DNA of 37,448 nucleotides from Burkholderiales bacterium. Its GTDB lineage: Bacteria; Pseudomonadota; Gammaproteobacteria; Burkholderiales; SG8-39. A program made the position numbers and the translations under genes. The first letter of the stretch is position 1. The number at the start of each line of letters is the position of its first letter. The stretch lies in assembly GCA_041635755.1 (NCBI GenBank), contig JBFKUL010000001.1, positions 1 to 37,448 of the forward strand, read 5' to 3'. Shown piece after piece: positions 10,330 to 18,522 of this stretch. The notes beneath the pieces are model-generated. The model saw nothing but the letters and a program-made list of their open reading frames with translations, had not been told where the DNA came from and did not search any database.

Positions 10330-12347
10330 AACGGCCAGGTTTTCTCCTGCTCATCGCAACGAGCGTGCTCGTGCCGATGGCGGCGCACGCAACCCTGCCG
10401 CACCTCGATCTCGACCTGCGGCTTGATCCGAAATCGCGCGCGATGCACGCGGTTGCCGTCCTGCCTGGCGGGCAATCGCTTCGCTTCACGCTGCACCGCT
10501 CGCTCGAGGTCCGTTCCGCGTCGAGCGATGGCGTGCCGCTCGCGTTCGAAGCCGTCGGCGCTGCCAACTCCACTCGGCAATGGCACGTGCACACGCCGCG
10601 CGATACGGCCGTTCGTATCGAGTACGCCGGGACGCTGCCGACGCTCGATCGGTCGCTCACTCATCGCGATGTTCTGCAGAACATGACGCCGATGGCCTCG
10701 CCCGAAGGAAGCTTCTTACCGGCCGCAAGCGGCTGGTATCCCGCCCCCGGTCTCCAGTTCACGTATCGCCTGAAGCTGTCGCTGCCCGACGGGCAGCGTG
10801 GCCTGGTTGCAGGTCGCCTGGTCGACGAGGCCCTGCCCCGGGCCGAAGCGAAGTCCTACACGGCGACTTTCGAGTTTGCGCAGGGCGCCGACGGCATCGA
10901 TCTGATGGCAGGACCCTACACCGTGCGCGAGAAGATCGTACCGAGAGCGGCGGCACGCCCCCTGCGCGTGCGGACCTACTTCTACCCCGAGATCGAAACT
11001 CTTTCCAGCGACTATATCGAGGACAGCCTGCGTTACATCACTCAGTATTCGCGGAGTATCGGCGAGTATCCGTTTAGCGAGTTCTCGATCGTCGCAAGTC
11101 CGCTGCCGACCGGGTTCGGCATGCCCACGCTCACTTACATCGGCGCCCAGGTGCTGCGTTTGCCGTTCATCCGCGCCACGTCGCTTGGCCATGAGGTCCT
11201 GCACAATTGGTGGGGCAACGGCGTATCCGTCGACTACACCACCGGCAACTGGGCCGAGGGGCTCACCACGTTCATGGCCGACTACGCGAACAAGGAGCGA
11301 GAGTCGCCGCGGGCGGCGCTCGAAATGCGCCTCGGCTGGCTGCGGGACTTTGCGGCCGTGCCGGCAGACGATCAGCGCCCGCTGGTCGAGTTCCGCGCGC
11401 GTACGCATGGCGCCGCGGCGGCGCTCGGTTACGGCAAAGCTGCGATGCTGTTCTACATGCTGCGCGACCTGATCGGTGAGCAGGCCTTCGAGCAGGGTTT
11501 GCGCGATTTCTGGCGTGCAAAGCGCTTTCGCAAGGCCTCCTGGACCGATCTGCGCGAGGCCTTCGAAAGCGCTTCTCGCCGCCCGCTTGCCGACTTTTTT
11601 GCGCAGTGGCTCGAGCGTACAGGCGGGCCGGCATTGGAATTGGAGCGCGCGAGCGCGGCGCCAAACGACAAAGGGGGCTTCGACCTCTCCCTCAGCTTCT
11701 CCCAAGCGGCGCCGGCGTACCGGCTCAGCGTGCCCGTAGAGGTCGCCTCCGGCGCGGACTCGCGTACCTACCGAGTCGATATTGACGCGTTGACGCAGCA
11801 GGCAAGGATCGAGCTTGAGCGCGTGCCCGACGGGGTGCGCCTCGACCCGCAGCTACGCCTGTGGCGGATGCTCGCACCCGAGGAGTTGCCGCCGATCCTG
11901 CGGCAGTGGATCCTCGCTCGCTCGCCCCGGGTCGCGGTTGCGAGCGCGGATTCAGCGCTGCGCGAAGCAGCGCTTGCGCTCGCCGAGCGCCTCTTCGAGC
12001 GTAAGCCGGCCGTTATCTCGCACCTCCAAGCAGCCCTGAGGGACAACGAGCCGATCCTGCTCGCCGGCATCCATGCCGCCATCGATACGGAGCTCGCGCG
12101 AAGCGGCCTGCCGCCCCGGCCCGCGACGCTCGCAGGCCGCGGCAGCGCCCAGGTCTGGACGATCGCCGCCGCGCCCGGCAGGGCGCCCGTCGCCGTGGTC
12201 TCCGTGCGCGACGCGCCAGCGCTGCGCGAGCTGCGGCGGCCCCTGCCGCATTACGGCTCGCAGAGCTATCTCGCCTTTGACGGCGCACGAGCGATTGAGC
12301 GAGGCATTTGGCCTGCGGCGGGCAAAGTGCACGCCGTGGCAAGGTAA
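10326..12347 (+). CDS. Secreted M1-family (gluzincin) zinc metallopeptidase
   Basis: GTG start overlaps the upstream stop (GTGA). Signal peptide MKRPGFLLLIATSVLVPMAAHA. HEVLHNWWGN is followed 17 residues later by the Glu in NWAEGLTTF (gluzincin HExxH...E arrangement). The position of the canonical GxMEN exopeptidase motif reads GFGMPT. Confidence 0.78.
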   Translation: MKRPGFLLLIATSVLVPMAAHATLPHLDLDLRLDPKSRAMHAVAVLPGGQSLRFTLHRSLEVRSASSDGVPLAFEAVGAANSTRQWHVHTPRDTAVRIEYAGTLPTLDRSLTHRDVLQNMTPMASPEGSFLPAASGWYPAPGLQFTYRLKLSLPDGQRGLVAGRLVDEALPRAEAKSYTATFEFAQGADGIDLMAGPYTVREKIVPRAAARPLRVRTYFYPEIETLSSDYIEDSLRYITQYSRSIGEYPFSEFSIVASPLPTGFGMPTLTYIGAQVLRLPFIRATSLGHEVLHNWWGNGVSVDYTTGNWAEGLTTFMADYANKERESPRAALEMRLGWLRDFAAVPADDQRPLVEFRARTHGAAAALGYGKAAMLFYMLRDLIGEQAFEQGLRDFWRAKRFRKASWTDLREAFESASRRPLADFFAQWLERTGGPALELERASAAPNDKGGFDLSLSFSQAAPAYRLSVPVEVASGADSRTYRVDIDALTQQARIELERVPDGVRLDPQLRLWRMLAPEELPPILRQWILARSPRVAVASADSALREAALALAERLFERKPAVISHLQAALRDNEPILLAGIHAAIDTELARSGLPPRPATLAGRGSAQVWTIAAAPGRAPVAVVSVRDAPALRELRRPLPHYGSQSYLAFDGARAIERGIWPAAGKVHAVAR

Positions 12348-12370
12348 GTTCGGCCTTTCAACGCGTCCCC

Positions 12371-12379
12371 TGCTATGAT
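12371..12379 (+). promoter_or_regulatory. Candidate extended -10 element (TGcTATGAT)
   Basis: This is the only AT-rich patch in the 38-nt gap after the M1 peptidase gene. Its last base lies 7 nt upstream of the GTG at 12386. Confidence 0.3.
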
Positions 12380-12385
12380 TTTTTC

Positions 12386-12889
12386 GTGCGCGCTGACGAG
12401 CGAGACCCACCCCTCCTGAATGCTGAGCACGCCGCCTTTATCCAGTGCGGCGTGTCGATCGGCGCCGCAACTCGAGGAAACAGCAACGAGCCCAAGGTCG
12501 CTCGCGCATTCGGCTGCCGAGTTTCCGCAGACCGGCGCCGGGTCGTGCTGCTTTTTCCAGTCAATCAGGCCGGCACATTCCTCGAGGCCGTCCGATTGAC
12601 CGGCACGATCGCGGTCGTGTTCAGTCAGCCCAGCACGCATCGCACGATCCAGCTGAAAGGGGTCGATGCCTCTGCGGCAACGCTCGAGCCCGAAGATGCG
12701 GCGCTCTGCGCGCGCTATGCCGAAGCGTTCGGCGACGACCTGCTGCGGCTCGGCTATCGGCGCGAGTTCTCAAACGCGATCCTGGCCTTCGATCCCTCCG
12801 ATCTGGCGGCCATCGCCTTCACACCCACGTCCGCCTACACTCAGACGCCCGGGCCTCAAGCCGGCACGCCGCTCAGGACCACCGCATGA
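12386..12889 (+). CDS. Pyridoxamine 5'-phosphate oxidase-like (split beta-barrel) family protein
   Basis: ORF 12308..12889. The domain-like part (LLNAEHAAFIQ..VSIGAATRG..PKVARAFG...IAVVFSQPSTHRTIQLKG) resembles FMN-binding split-barrel proteins. The whole ORF contains no ATG codon. The choices are GTG 12386 (preferred, after the AT-rich gap) or TTG 12308, which overlaps the peptidase gene by 40 nt. Confidence 0.55.
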   Translation: MRADERDPPLLNAEHAAFIQCGVSIGAATRGNSNEPKVARAFGCRVSADRRRVVLLFPVNQAGTFLEAVRLTGTIAVVFSQPSTHRTIQLKGVDASAATLEPEDAALCARYAEAFGDDLLRLGYRREFSNAILAFDPSDLAAIAFTPTSAYTQTPGPQAGTPLRTTA

Positions 12890-14241
12890 GCCTCGGCGTG
12901 GACGCGATTCGTGAGTGCCTGGACGGCGCCGTGCCTGCGATCGTCGCCACCTGCGCGGAAGATGGCACGCCGAACGTCTCCTACGTCTCGCAGGTCCATT
13001 TCGTCGACAGTGAGCATGTCGCGCTCTCATTTCAGTTCTTCAACAAGACGCGCAAGAACGTACTCGCCAACCCGCGAGCAGCGGTGCAGGTGATCCATCC
13101 GGACACTGCGGCGCGCTATCGGATCGAGCTTGCGTATTTGCGCACAGAAACCGATGGGCCGCTGTTCGAATCGATGAAGGCAAAGCTCGCGGGAATCGCT
13201 TCCCATACGGGGATGAGCGGCGTGTTTCGTCTGCGCGGCTCGGACGTCTATCGCGTGCTCGACATCCAGCGCATCCCGGGCGGCGAGCTGCCGGCGCCGC
13301 CGCCGCAGCGAAATCTTCTTTCCGCGCTGCGTGCATGCAGTGAGCGGCTAGGCCAACGCAGCGACCTCTCCGCACTGCTCGACGAGGTGCTCGCCAGTCT
13401 TCAGGCGCAGTTCGACATTCGCCACGCGATGGTGCTGATGCTCGATGCGCCAAGGCAACGGCTCTACACCGTGGCGAGCTGCGGCTACCAGGAGTCCGGG
13501 GTTGGCTCCGAGATTGCGCTCGGCTGCGGCGTCATCGGCGTAGCTGCATCGCAGCGCACGCCGATTCGAATCGGCCACATGGCCACCGAGTACTCCTACA
13601 GTCAGGCGATGCGAGAAAGCGCCACGCAGGGCGGTCTGGCCGACAAGATCGAAACCGCAATTCCGTTTCCGGGTCTACCGAACGCTCACAGTCAAATTGC
13701 GGTGCCGATCTTGGCCAGCGGGCGCCTGCTCGGCGTACTGTTCGCAGAGAGCCGTGTCGACCTTCGCTTCGGCTACGACGACGAAGATGCGCTGGTCGCT
13801 GTCGCCGCCCAGCTCGGTACGGCGATCCACGCGCTGCAGCAGATCGCCGACAACCACGACGAGGCACCCGCAGTTGCGAACTCGCGCATCCCGGCCGCGG
13901 GCCACCCGGCGGTTATTCGGCACTACGCTGCGGACGACAGCGTATTCATTGACGACGATTACCTGATCAAGGGCGTTGCAGGCGCGATCTTCCGCAAGCT
14001 TATGCGCGACTACGCAGGTAGCCAACGCACGGATTTCACCAACCGCGAACTCAGGCTCGATCCGACGATCCGGCTGCCTGATCTTAGCGACAACCTCGAA
14101 GCGCGATTGATCCTGCTGGCGCGCAGGCTCGGAGAACGTTGCGCGTTCCTGCGCATTGAGAAGACCGGTCGCGGGCGCTTCCGACTGGTCGTCGGCCGAG
14201 CCGTGAAGTTGGTCGAGATCTCGGTCGACGCGGCGGCTTGA
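12886..14241 (+). CDS. PNPOx-like split-barrel + GAF domain protein with unassigned C-terminal region
   Basis: ATG 12886 overlaps the upstream stop (ATGA). The N-terminus AIVATCAEDGTPNVSYVSQVHFVD...NPRAAVQVI is PNPOx-like. The middle part (DLSALLDEVL...HAMVLMLD...GCGVIGVAA..RTPIRI...AVPILASGRLLGVLFAES) is GAF-like. I cannot assign the last ~115 aa (VIRHYAADDSVFIDDDYLIKGVAG...RIEKTGRGRFRLVV). The upstream part of ORF 12445..14241 is rejected as a high-GC extension. Confidence 0.7.
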   Translation: MSLGVDAIRECLDGAVPAIVATCAEDGTPNVSYVSQVHFVDSEHVALSFQFFNKTRKNVLANPRAAVQVIHPDTAARYRIELAYLRTETDGPLFESMKAKLAGIASHTGMSGVFRLRGSDVYRVLDIQRIPGGELPAPPPQRNLLSALRACSERLGQRSDLSALLDEVLASLQAQFDIRHAMVLMLDAPRQRLYTVASCGYQESGVGSEIALGCGVIGVAASQRTPIRIGHMATEYSYSQAMRESATQGGLADKIETAIPFPGLPNAHSQIAVPILASGRLLGVLFAESRVDLRFGYDDEDALVAVAAQLGTAIHALQQIADNHDEAPAVANSRIPAAGHPAVIRHYAADDSVFIDDDYLIKGVAGAIFRKLMRDYAGSQRTDFTNRELRLDPTIRLPDLSDNLEARLILLARRLGERCAFLRIEKTGRGRFRLVVGRAVKLVEISVDAAA

Positions 14242-14260
14242 GCTGCCGCGTCGCATTCGC

Positions 14261-15007
14261 TCAGGCGACCCGCGGAGTAGGCGCGAGCGCCTGCATCAGC
14301 TTCACCCGGTCGCGCTCGCGCAGGTGAGGCAAAACGGCCCCGAGCGTCCGATCGAAGACCTCCGTCGGCGCCTCGCGTTGCATCTGACTCAGCATGGTAG
14401 CCCGCTCGGCGGGCGCAAGCGAAGGCAGCATCCAATGCAGCCCAAGCTCCATCACCGATGGCGAAATGGAAGCAAGCAGCGCTTCGTGCACGCGATGGAG
14501 CTCCTCGTCGCTGTGCGTCGCCCATAGCGCCGCGTTGTTTTCCGTTTCCTCGATGTGCATATGCTCGAGATTCTCGGCAACGAACAACGCCAGATTGCGG
14601 TACAGGCGCAGGGCTGCGACGGCTCGTGCCTCGCCCGAGGCGAGCTCGACCACGCATAGATCTCCCTCAAGAGCGTCGATTGCTTCGACGTGAGCCACGT
14701 GATCCTTCGCGGTTGCGGTGGAAGCGCCGCTGCGCCGCGCCTCCATCGCGCTGTGCACGAAGTCGTTCTCGTGCTCGAGGTGGCTGCGGCAGAACGAGAG
14801 CAGCGCGCGCACGCGCCCCAGCGTCTGCACGACGTCCTCGGCATCGAACGGGTCCATGCGTCCCGAGGCGACCAGCGTATCGGCCATGAAGCTGCGCATG
14901 CCCTTGTGAATTGCGGTGTACAGATCCACACGGCTCTGCGCGATATCGTGCCTCGTCCGGGCATGGCGGTTCTGCCCATCGGAGATTCTTGCGACAGCTT
15001 GTCCCAT
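14261..15007 (-). CDS. Hemerythrin (HHE cation-binding) domain protein
   Basis: 248 aa with repeated His/Glu helical motifs (IHKGMRSF, HLEHENDFVH, HVAHVEAID, HMHIEETENN, HRVHEAL) typical of hemerythrin-like di-iron domains. ATG at 15007. Confidence 0.7.
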   Translation of the reverse strand: MGQAVARISDGQNRHARTRHDIAQSRVDLYTAIHKGMRSFMADTLVASGRMDPFDAEDVVQTLGRVRALLSFCRSHLEHENDFVHSAMEARRSGASTATAKDHVAHVEAIDALEGDLCVVELASGEARAVAALRLYRNLALFVAENLEHMHIEETENNAALWATHSDEELHRVHEALLASISPSVMELGLHWMLPSLAPAERATMLSQMQREAPTEVFDRTLGAVLPHLRERDRVKLMQALAPTPRVA

Positions 15008-15008
15008 G

Positions 15009-15053
15009 TTGCGTCCCTTGAATGTGATGAGCGTTGCACGCTCGAGGACGCAA
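15009..15053 (-). repeat. Nested inverted repeats in the hemerythrin gene leader
   Basis: The outer perfect 8-bp arms are TTGCGTCC (15009-15016) and GGACGCAA (15046-15053). The inner 6-bp arms are GAGCGT (15029-15034) and ACGCTC (15038-15043). On the minus-strand mRNA the start-proximal arm lies at -9 to -2 of the ATG and overlaps the AAGGGA Shine-Dalgarno-like sequence. Confidence 0.5.
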
Positions 15054-15219
15054 AGCTTAGAGATTGCCCGAGTGGGCGTTGCTAAATTGCGCTTAACTGA
15101 ACCCTAAGACTTTCTTAAGGCGCCGGACCCGAAGACCTAGGCGACGGAGGGGGCGCTTTCAGGAGGCCGCGTAGACACCAAGGCTGAATGCGCCTGCTTC
15201 TTTCGACTTAAGACCTGCC

Positions 15220-15612
15220 TTAGAAGTCGTACCGCGCCCTGACGACCAGCTCGTTGCCGCGTGGTTCACCGACCGGCGGCGACGACGCGACGAATCCGAC
15301 GGGCTCACCGATGCGAGCATTGGTCCCGGACCGAATGGGCTCAGCCGTGTCACCGGACTTAAATGCGAAGTCCAGCATCCACTTCTTCGGTTGCGCCGGT
15401 GCTGCGGCGAAATCGAACGATCGCTCGGTGAAGTTGCGTTTGGCACCGGAGGGCCGGCCCTCTAGCGACCCGACCGTCGTCGCACCGGACACGGTTACCC
15501 GCAGGCGCTCAAGGTTGATCGCGCTCGACCAATCGCCCGCAGTTGCAACCGGCGCCGAAAGGCAAAGGGCGCAGGCTACAAGCAGGTGTTGAATTCGCGG
15601 ATTGCAGGTCAT
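15220..15612 (-). CDS. Small secreted hypothetical protein (beta-strand rich, C-terminal ...RYDF)
   Basis: In-frame ATG 15612 within ORF 15220..15789 gives MTCNPRIQHLLVACALCLSAPVATA|GD, a Sec-type signal. The mature part is ~105 aa with alternating hydrophobic stretches (LRVTVSG, WMLDFAFKSG, ELVVRARYDF). No Shine-Dalgarno sequence is seen and I recognise no family. Confidence 0.45.
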   Translation of the reverse strand: MTCNPRIQHLLVACALCLSAPVATAGDWSSAINLERLRVTVSGATTVGSLEGRPSGAKRNFTERSFDFAAAPAQPKKWMLDFAFKSGDTAEPIRSGTNARIGEPVGFVASSPPVGEPRGNELVVRARYDF

Positions 15613-15877
15613 GTTTCGCGCGGTTCGGAGGTGGGCCCTTGTCCCGCGCTGCGGCAAGCGGGCTGATCCCATAGCTAGGCATGCTCCGCCTGGCGACCTT
15701 GACTGTCTGTGAAAGGCAACACAGTTCCACGAAAAATCAACCTTGGCCGACGCTCGCCGTGAAATTTGCCCGCAGGGAGCGAGGCCCAAAAACCGACTTC
15801 ATTCCTGGATCATGCGCGGGCCGGACCGGCCCTAGGCGCCCGTCACGTGGCCCGGAAATAGGCCGTGAAGTGCGAGA

Positions 15878-16972
15878 TCAGACGTTGAAGCGGAAGTGCA
15901 TGACGTCGCCATCCTGGACGACGTAGTCCTTGCCTTCGACCCGCAGCTTGCCGTTCTCCTTGGCACCCTGCTCGCCCTTGCAGGCGACGAAGTCGGCGTA
16001 GGTCGCCACTTCGGCGCGAATGAATCCGCGCTCGAAATCAGTGTGGATCACGCCCGCGGCCTGGGGCGCGGTCGCGCCGACATTCACCGTCCAGGCGCGC
16101 ACCTCCTTGGGCCCGACGGTGAAGTAGGTCTGCAGGCCGAGCAGCGCATAGCCGACGCGAATCAGCCGGTTGAGACCCGGCTCGTCGAGTCCCACGTCGG
16201 CGAGGAACGCGCGCTTGTCCTCGTCGGACATGTCGGCAAGCTGCGCTTCCAGCGCCGCGCAGATCGCCACCACGGGCGCTCCGTCCTTTGCGGCATAAGC
16301 TTCGACCGCAGCGAGCAGCGGATTGTCGCGAAAGCCGTTCTCGGCAACGTTTGCGACGTACATGGTCGGTTTCATTGTCAGCAGAAAGAGCGGTCTTAAG
16401 GTGGTCAGCTCTTCCTTCGACCAGGTGTGGGCGCGCGCCGGCCGTCCTTCGTCCAGCACCGCCTGAACCTTCTCGAGGACCGCCACCAGGCGTTGCGCTT
16501 CCTTGTCGCTCCCGGCCTTTGCAGCCTTCGCGTAGCGCGCAAGCTGCTTCTCGACGCTGGCAAGGTCCGCCAGTGCGAGCTCGGTGTGAATCGTCTCGAT
16601 ATCCGATACGGGATCGATCGTTCCCGAGACGTGCACGACGTTAGGGTCCTCGAAGCAACGCACCACGTGCGCAATCGCGTCGGTCTCGCGGATGTTGGCG
16701 AGGAACTGGTTTCCCAGCCCCTCGCCCTTCGAAGCGCCAGCGACCAGGCCGGCGATATCGACGAACTCCACCACCGCCGGGATCACCTTCTGCGGCCTGG
16801 CGATTGCCACGAGTGGCTCGAGCCGCGGGTCGGGCACCTCGACGATGCCGACGTTCGGCTCGATGGTGCAGAACGGATAGTTCTCCGCCGAGATCGATGC
16901 CTTGGTCAGAGCATTGAAAAGGGTCGACTTGCCGACGTTTGGCAAACCCACGATACCGCATTTGAGACTCAC
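15878..16972 (-). CDS. ychF: Redox-regulated ribosome-binding ATPase YchF
   Basis: [23 protein letters not shown] matches the E. coli YchF N-terminus almost residue for residue. Length is 364 aa and the start is GTG. Confidence 0.95.
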   Translation of the reverse strand: MSLKCGIVGLPNVGKSTLFNALTKASISAENYPFCTIEPNVGIVEVPDPRLEPLVAIARPQKVIPAVVEFVDIAGLVAGASKGEGLGNQFLANIRETDAIAHVVRCFEDPNVVHVSGTIDPVSDIETIHTELALADLASVEKQLARYAKAAKAGSDKEAQRLVAVLEKVQAVLDEGRPARAHTWSKEELTTLRPLFLLTMKPTMYVANVAENGFRDNPLLAAVEAYAAKDGAPVVAICAALEAQLADMSDEDKRAFLADVGLDEPGLNRLIRVGYALLGLQTYFTVGPKEVRAWTVNVGATAPQAAGVIHTDFERGFIRAEVATYADFVACKGEQGAKENGKLRVEGKDYVVQDGDVMHFRFNV

Positions 16973-17078
16973 GACCGGCTAGTCCCGCACTGCGGCGCGC
17001 GTGGCGCAACGGCACCGGAGCCGCTTTGTTGGAGCCTCCCCTGCCTGTCGGGCAAGTCGACGATGCTGTTCACGAAGC

Positions 17079-17657
17079 TCACTGCTTTTCCTTGGTATGC
17101 AACTTGAGCATTGCGCCCTGCAAATCGCCTTCTAGACAACGCGGCAGGATGTCGATCGCCTTCGCGATCGAGGCGTCGATCGCCTCGCGCTCCTCCTGCG
17201 GGGGCCGGCGAAGCACGTAGTCGGCCACCTCGCTCTTGTCGCCCGGATGGCCGATGCCCAGCCGCAGCCGCCAGAAATCGAGCGAGCTCAGCCGCGCCGC
17301 GATATCTCTAAGGCCGTTGTGGCCGGCGATGCCACCACCTTGCTTCATCTTTACGACCCCCGGGGCGAAATCGAGCTCGTCGTGCACCACCAGAACCTCG
17401 TCGGCCGGGATCTTGAAGAAACCGGCCAGCAGCCCTACCGCCTTGCCGCTCAGGTTCATAAAGGTCTGCGGCAACAGCAGCCAGGCTCCGGTTGGTTCGT
17501 GTCGGCCAACAAAGGCGCTGTACTTTGCGTCCTTCCTCAGTGTGACCTTTTCGCGCACGGCGAAGCGCTCGACGAGCCAGAAGCCCGCGTTGTGACGGGT
17601 GGCTTCGTACTCCTTACCGGGGTTTCCCAGGCCAACAATGAGGCGGATAGTGGACAT
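17079..17657 (-). CDS. pth: Peptidyl-tRNA hydrolase
   Basis: [27 protein letters not shown] is the canonical Pth N-terminus. Length is 192 aa. It sits in the conserved rplY-pth-ychF context. Confidence 0.95.
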   Translation of the reverse strand: MSTIRLIVGLGNPGKEYEATRHNAGFWLVERFAVREKVTLRKDAKYSAFVGRHEPTGAWLLLPQTFMNLSGKAVGLLAGFFKIPADEVLVVHDELDFAPGVVKMKQGGGIAGHNGLRDIAARLSSLDFWRLRLGIGHPGDKSEVADYVLRRPPQEEREAIDASIAKAIDILPRCLEGDLQGAMLKLHTKEKQ

Positions 17658-17665
17658 GTCTAAGC

Positions 17666-17704
17666 GGAAAGAAAAAGCGGCAAGGGCTGCAAAGCCCTTG
17701 CCGC
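17666..17704 (-). terminator. Rho-independent terminator downstream of rplY
   Basis: A perfect 12-bp stem joins GCGGCAAGGGCT (17677-17688) and AGCCCTTGCCGC (17693-17704) around a 4-nt loop. On the minus strand the stem is followed by TTTTTCTTTCC. It lies between the rplY stop (17724) and the pth start (17657). Confidence 0.8.
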
Positions 17705-17723
17705 CCTCGGCGGGTTGGGAAGC

Positions 17724-18455
17724 TTACTTCTTCTCTTTCTTCTCGCCTTTGTCGGCCTTCTCTGCAGCCTTGTCGCCGCCCTTGTCGGCAGCGCCCTCGG
17801 GTGCCTTCTCGGGCACGGCCTGCGCGGTGGTGGGCACCTCGGACGCGGCGGGTGCGGCCTGGGCCTCGGCGACTTCCTCCTCCTCGGTGATCAGTGCCGG
17901 CAGGATGACGGTGGCCACCACGGGGTTTTCCTTGCGCAGCACCGCCTCGACGCCCTTGGGCAGGGCCAGGTCCTCGACATGGATCGAGTTGCCCACCGAC
18001 AATGTGCCCAGATCGACCTCGATGAATTCGGGCAGATCGTCCGGGAAGCAGCTGATCTCGAGCTCGTTCATGACGTGGCTCGCTACGCCGCCCTGCTCCT
18101 TTACTCCCGGCGAAATCGCGGCATTGACGAAGTGCAGCGGTACTTTCATGTGAATCTTCTTGTCCTTCGACACACGCTGGAAGTCCACATGCTGCACCTG
18201 AAGCTTGTAGGGGTGCATGTTGAATGCACGCAACAGTACCTGCTCGGCGGTCTCCCCGACCTTGAGCGTCAGAATCGAGGCGTGGAACGCTTCCCGCGAT
18301 AGGTTCTGGAACAGGGCCTTGTGATCGAGCTCGATGTTGACCGCGGGCTTGTCACCGCCGTAGACAATGCCCGGCACCTTTCCCGCGCTGCGCAGACGGC
18401 GGCTCGCACCCGTTCCTTGCACCTCGCGTTTGCTAGCGTTGATTTCGATTTTCAT
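17724..18455 (-). CDS. rplY: 50S ribosomal protein L25 / general stress protein Ctc
   Basis: ATG 18455 has GGGAG upstream. MKIEINASKREVQGTGASRRLRSAGKVPGIVYGG is a typical L25/Ctc N-terminus. The acidic/lysine-rich C-terminal tail is typical of the long Ctc form. Confidence 0.93.
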   Translation of the reverse strand: MKIEINASKREVQGTGASRRLRSAGKVPGIVYGGDKPAVNIELDHKALFQNLSREAFHASILTLKVGETAEQVLLRAFNMHPYKLQVQHVDFQRVSKDKKIHMKVPLHFVNAAISPGVKEQGGVASHVMNELEISCFPDDLPEFIEVDLGTLSVGNSIHVEDLALPKGVEAVLRKENPVVATVILPALITEEEEVAEAQAAPAASEVPTTAQAVPEKAPEGAADKGGDKAAEKADKGEKKEKK

Positions 18456-18522
18456 GCATTGCTCCCAGTATGTCCCGCCCGTCCCGCGACCAGGCAAAAG
18501 CGGGGATTGAAAAAACTTCGCG

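Noticed and set aside
12445-12885. 147-aa N-terminal extension of the GAF protein ORF (12445..14241)
   Set aside because: The extension is Arg/Pro/Ser-rich and lies out of frame over the upstream split-barrel gene. The split-barrel domain begins right at ATG 12886, which forms an ATGA junction with the upstream stop.
15104-15225. Recurring TAAGAC / CTTAAG-like words (ctaagactttcttaag and cttaagacctgccttagaag) between the hemerythrin and small-ORF genes
   Set aside because: The copies are short and imperfect with inconsistent spacing. They probably reflect local AT-richness of a terminator or promoter region rather than a defined repeat.
15613-15789. Upstream extension of the small secreted-protein ORF (15220..15789)
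   Set aside because: The extension adds a non-hydrophobic, Arg-rich 59 aa in front of an otherwise well-formed signal peptide. The internal ATG 15612 gives a standard n-h-c signal.
15818-15832. Palindrome GGGCCGGACCGGCCC downstream of ychF as a possible terminator
   Set aside because: The 7-bp arms are separated by a single base, so the sequence cannot form a stable RNA hairpin loop. No U-run follows on the ychF strand.
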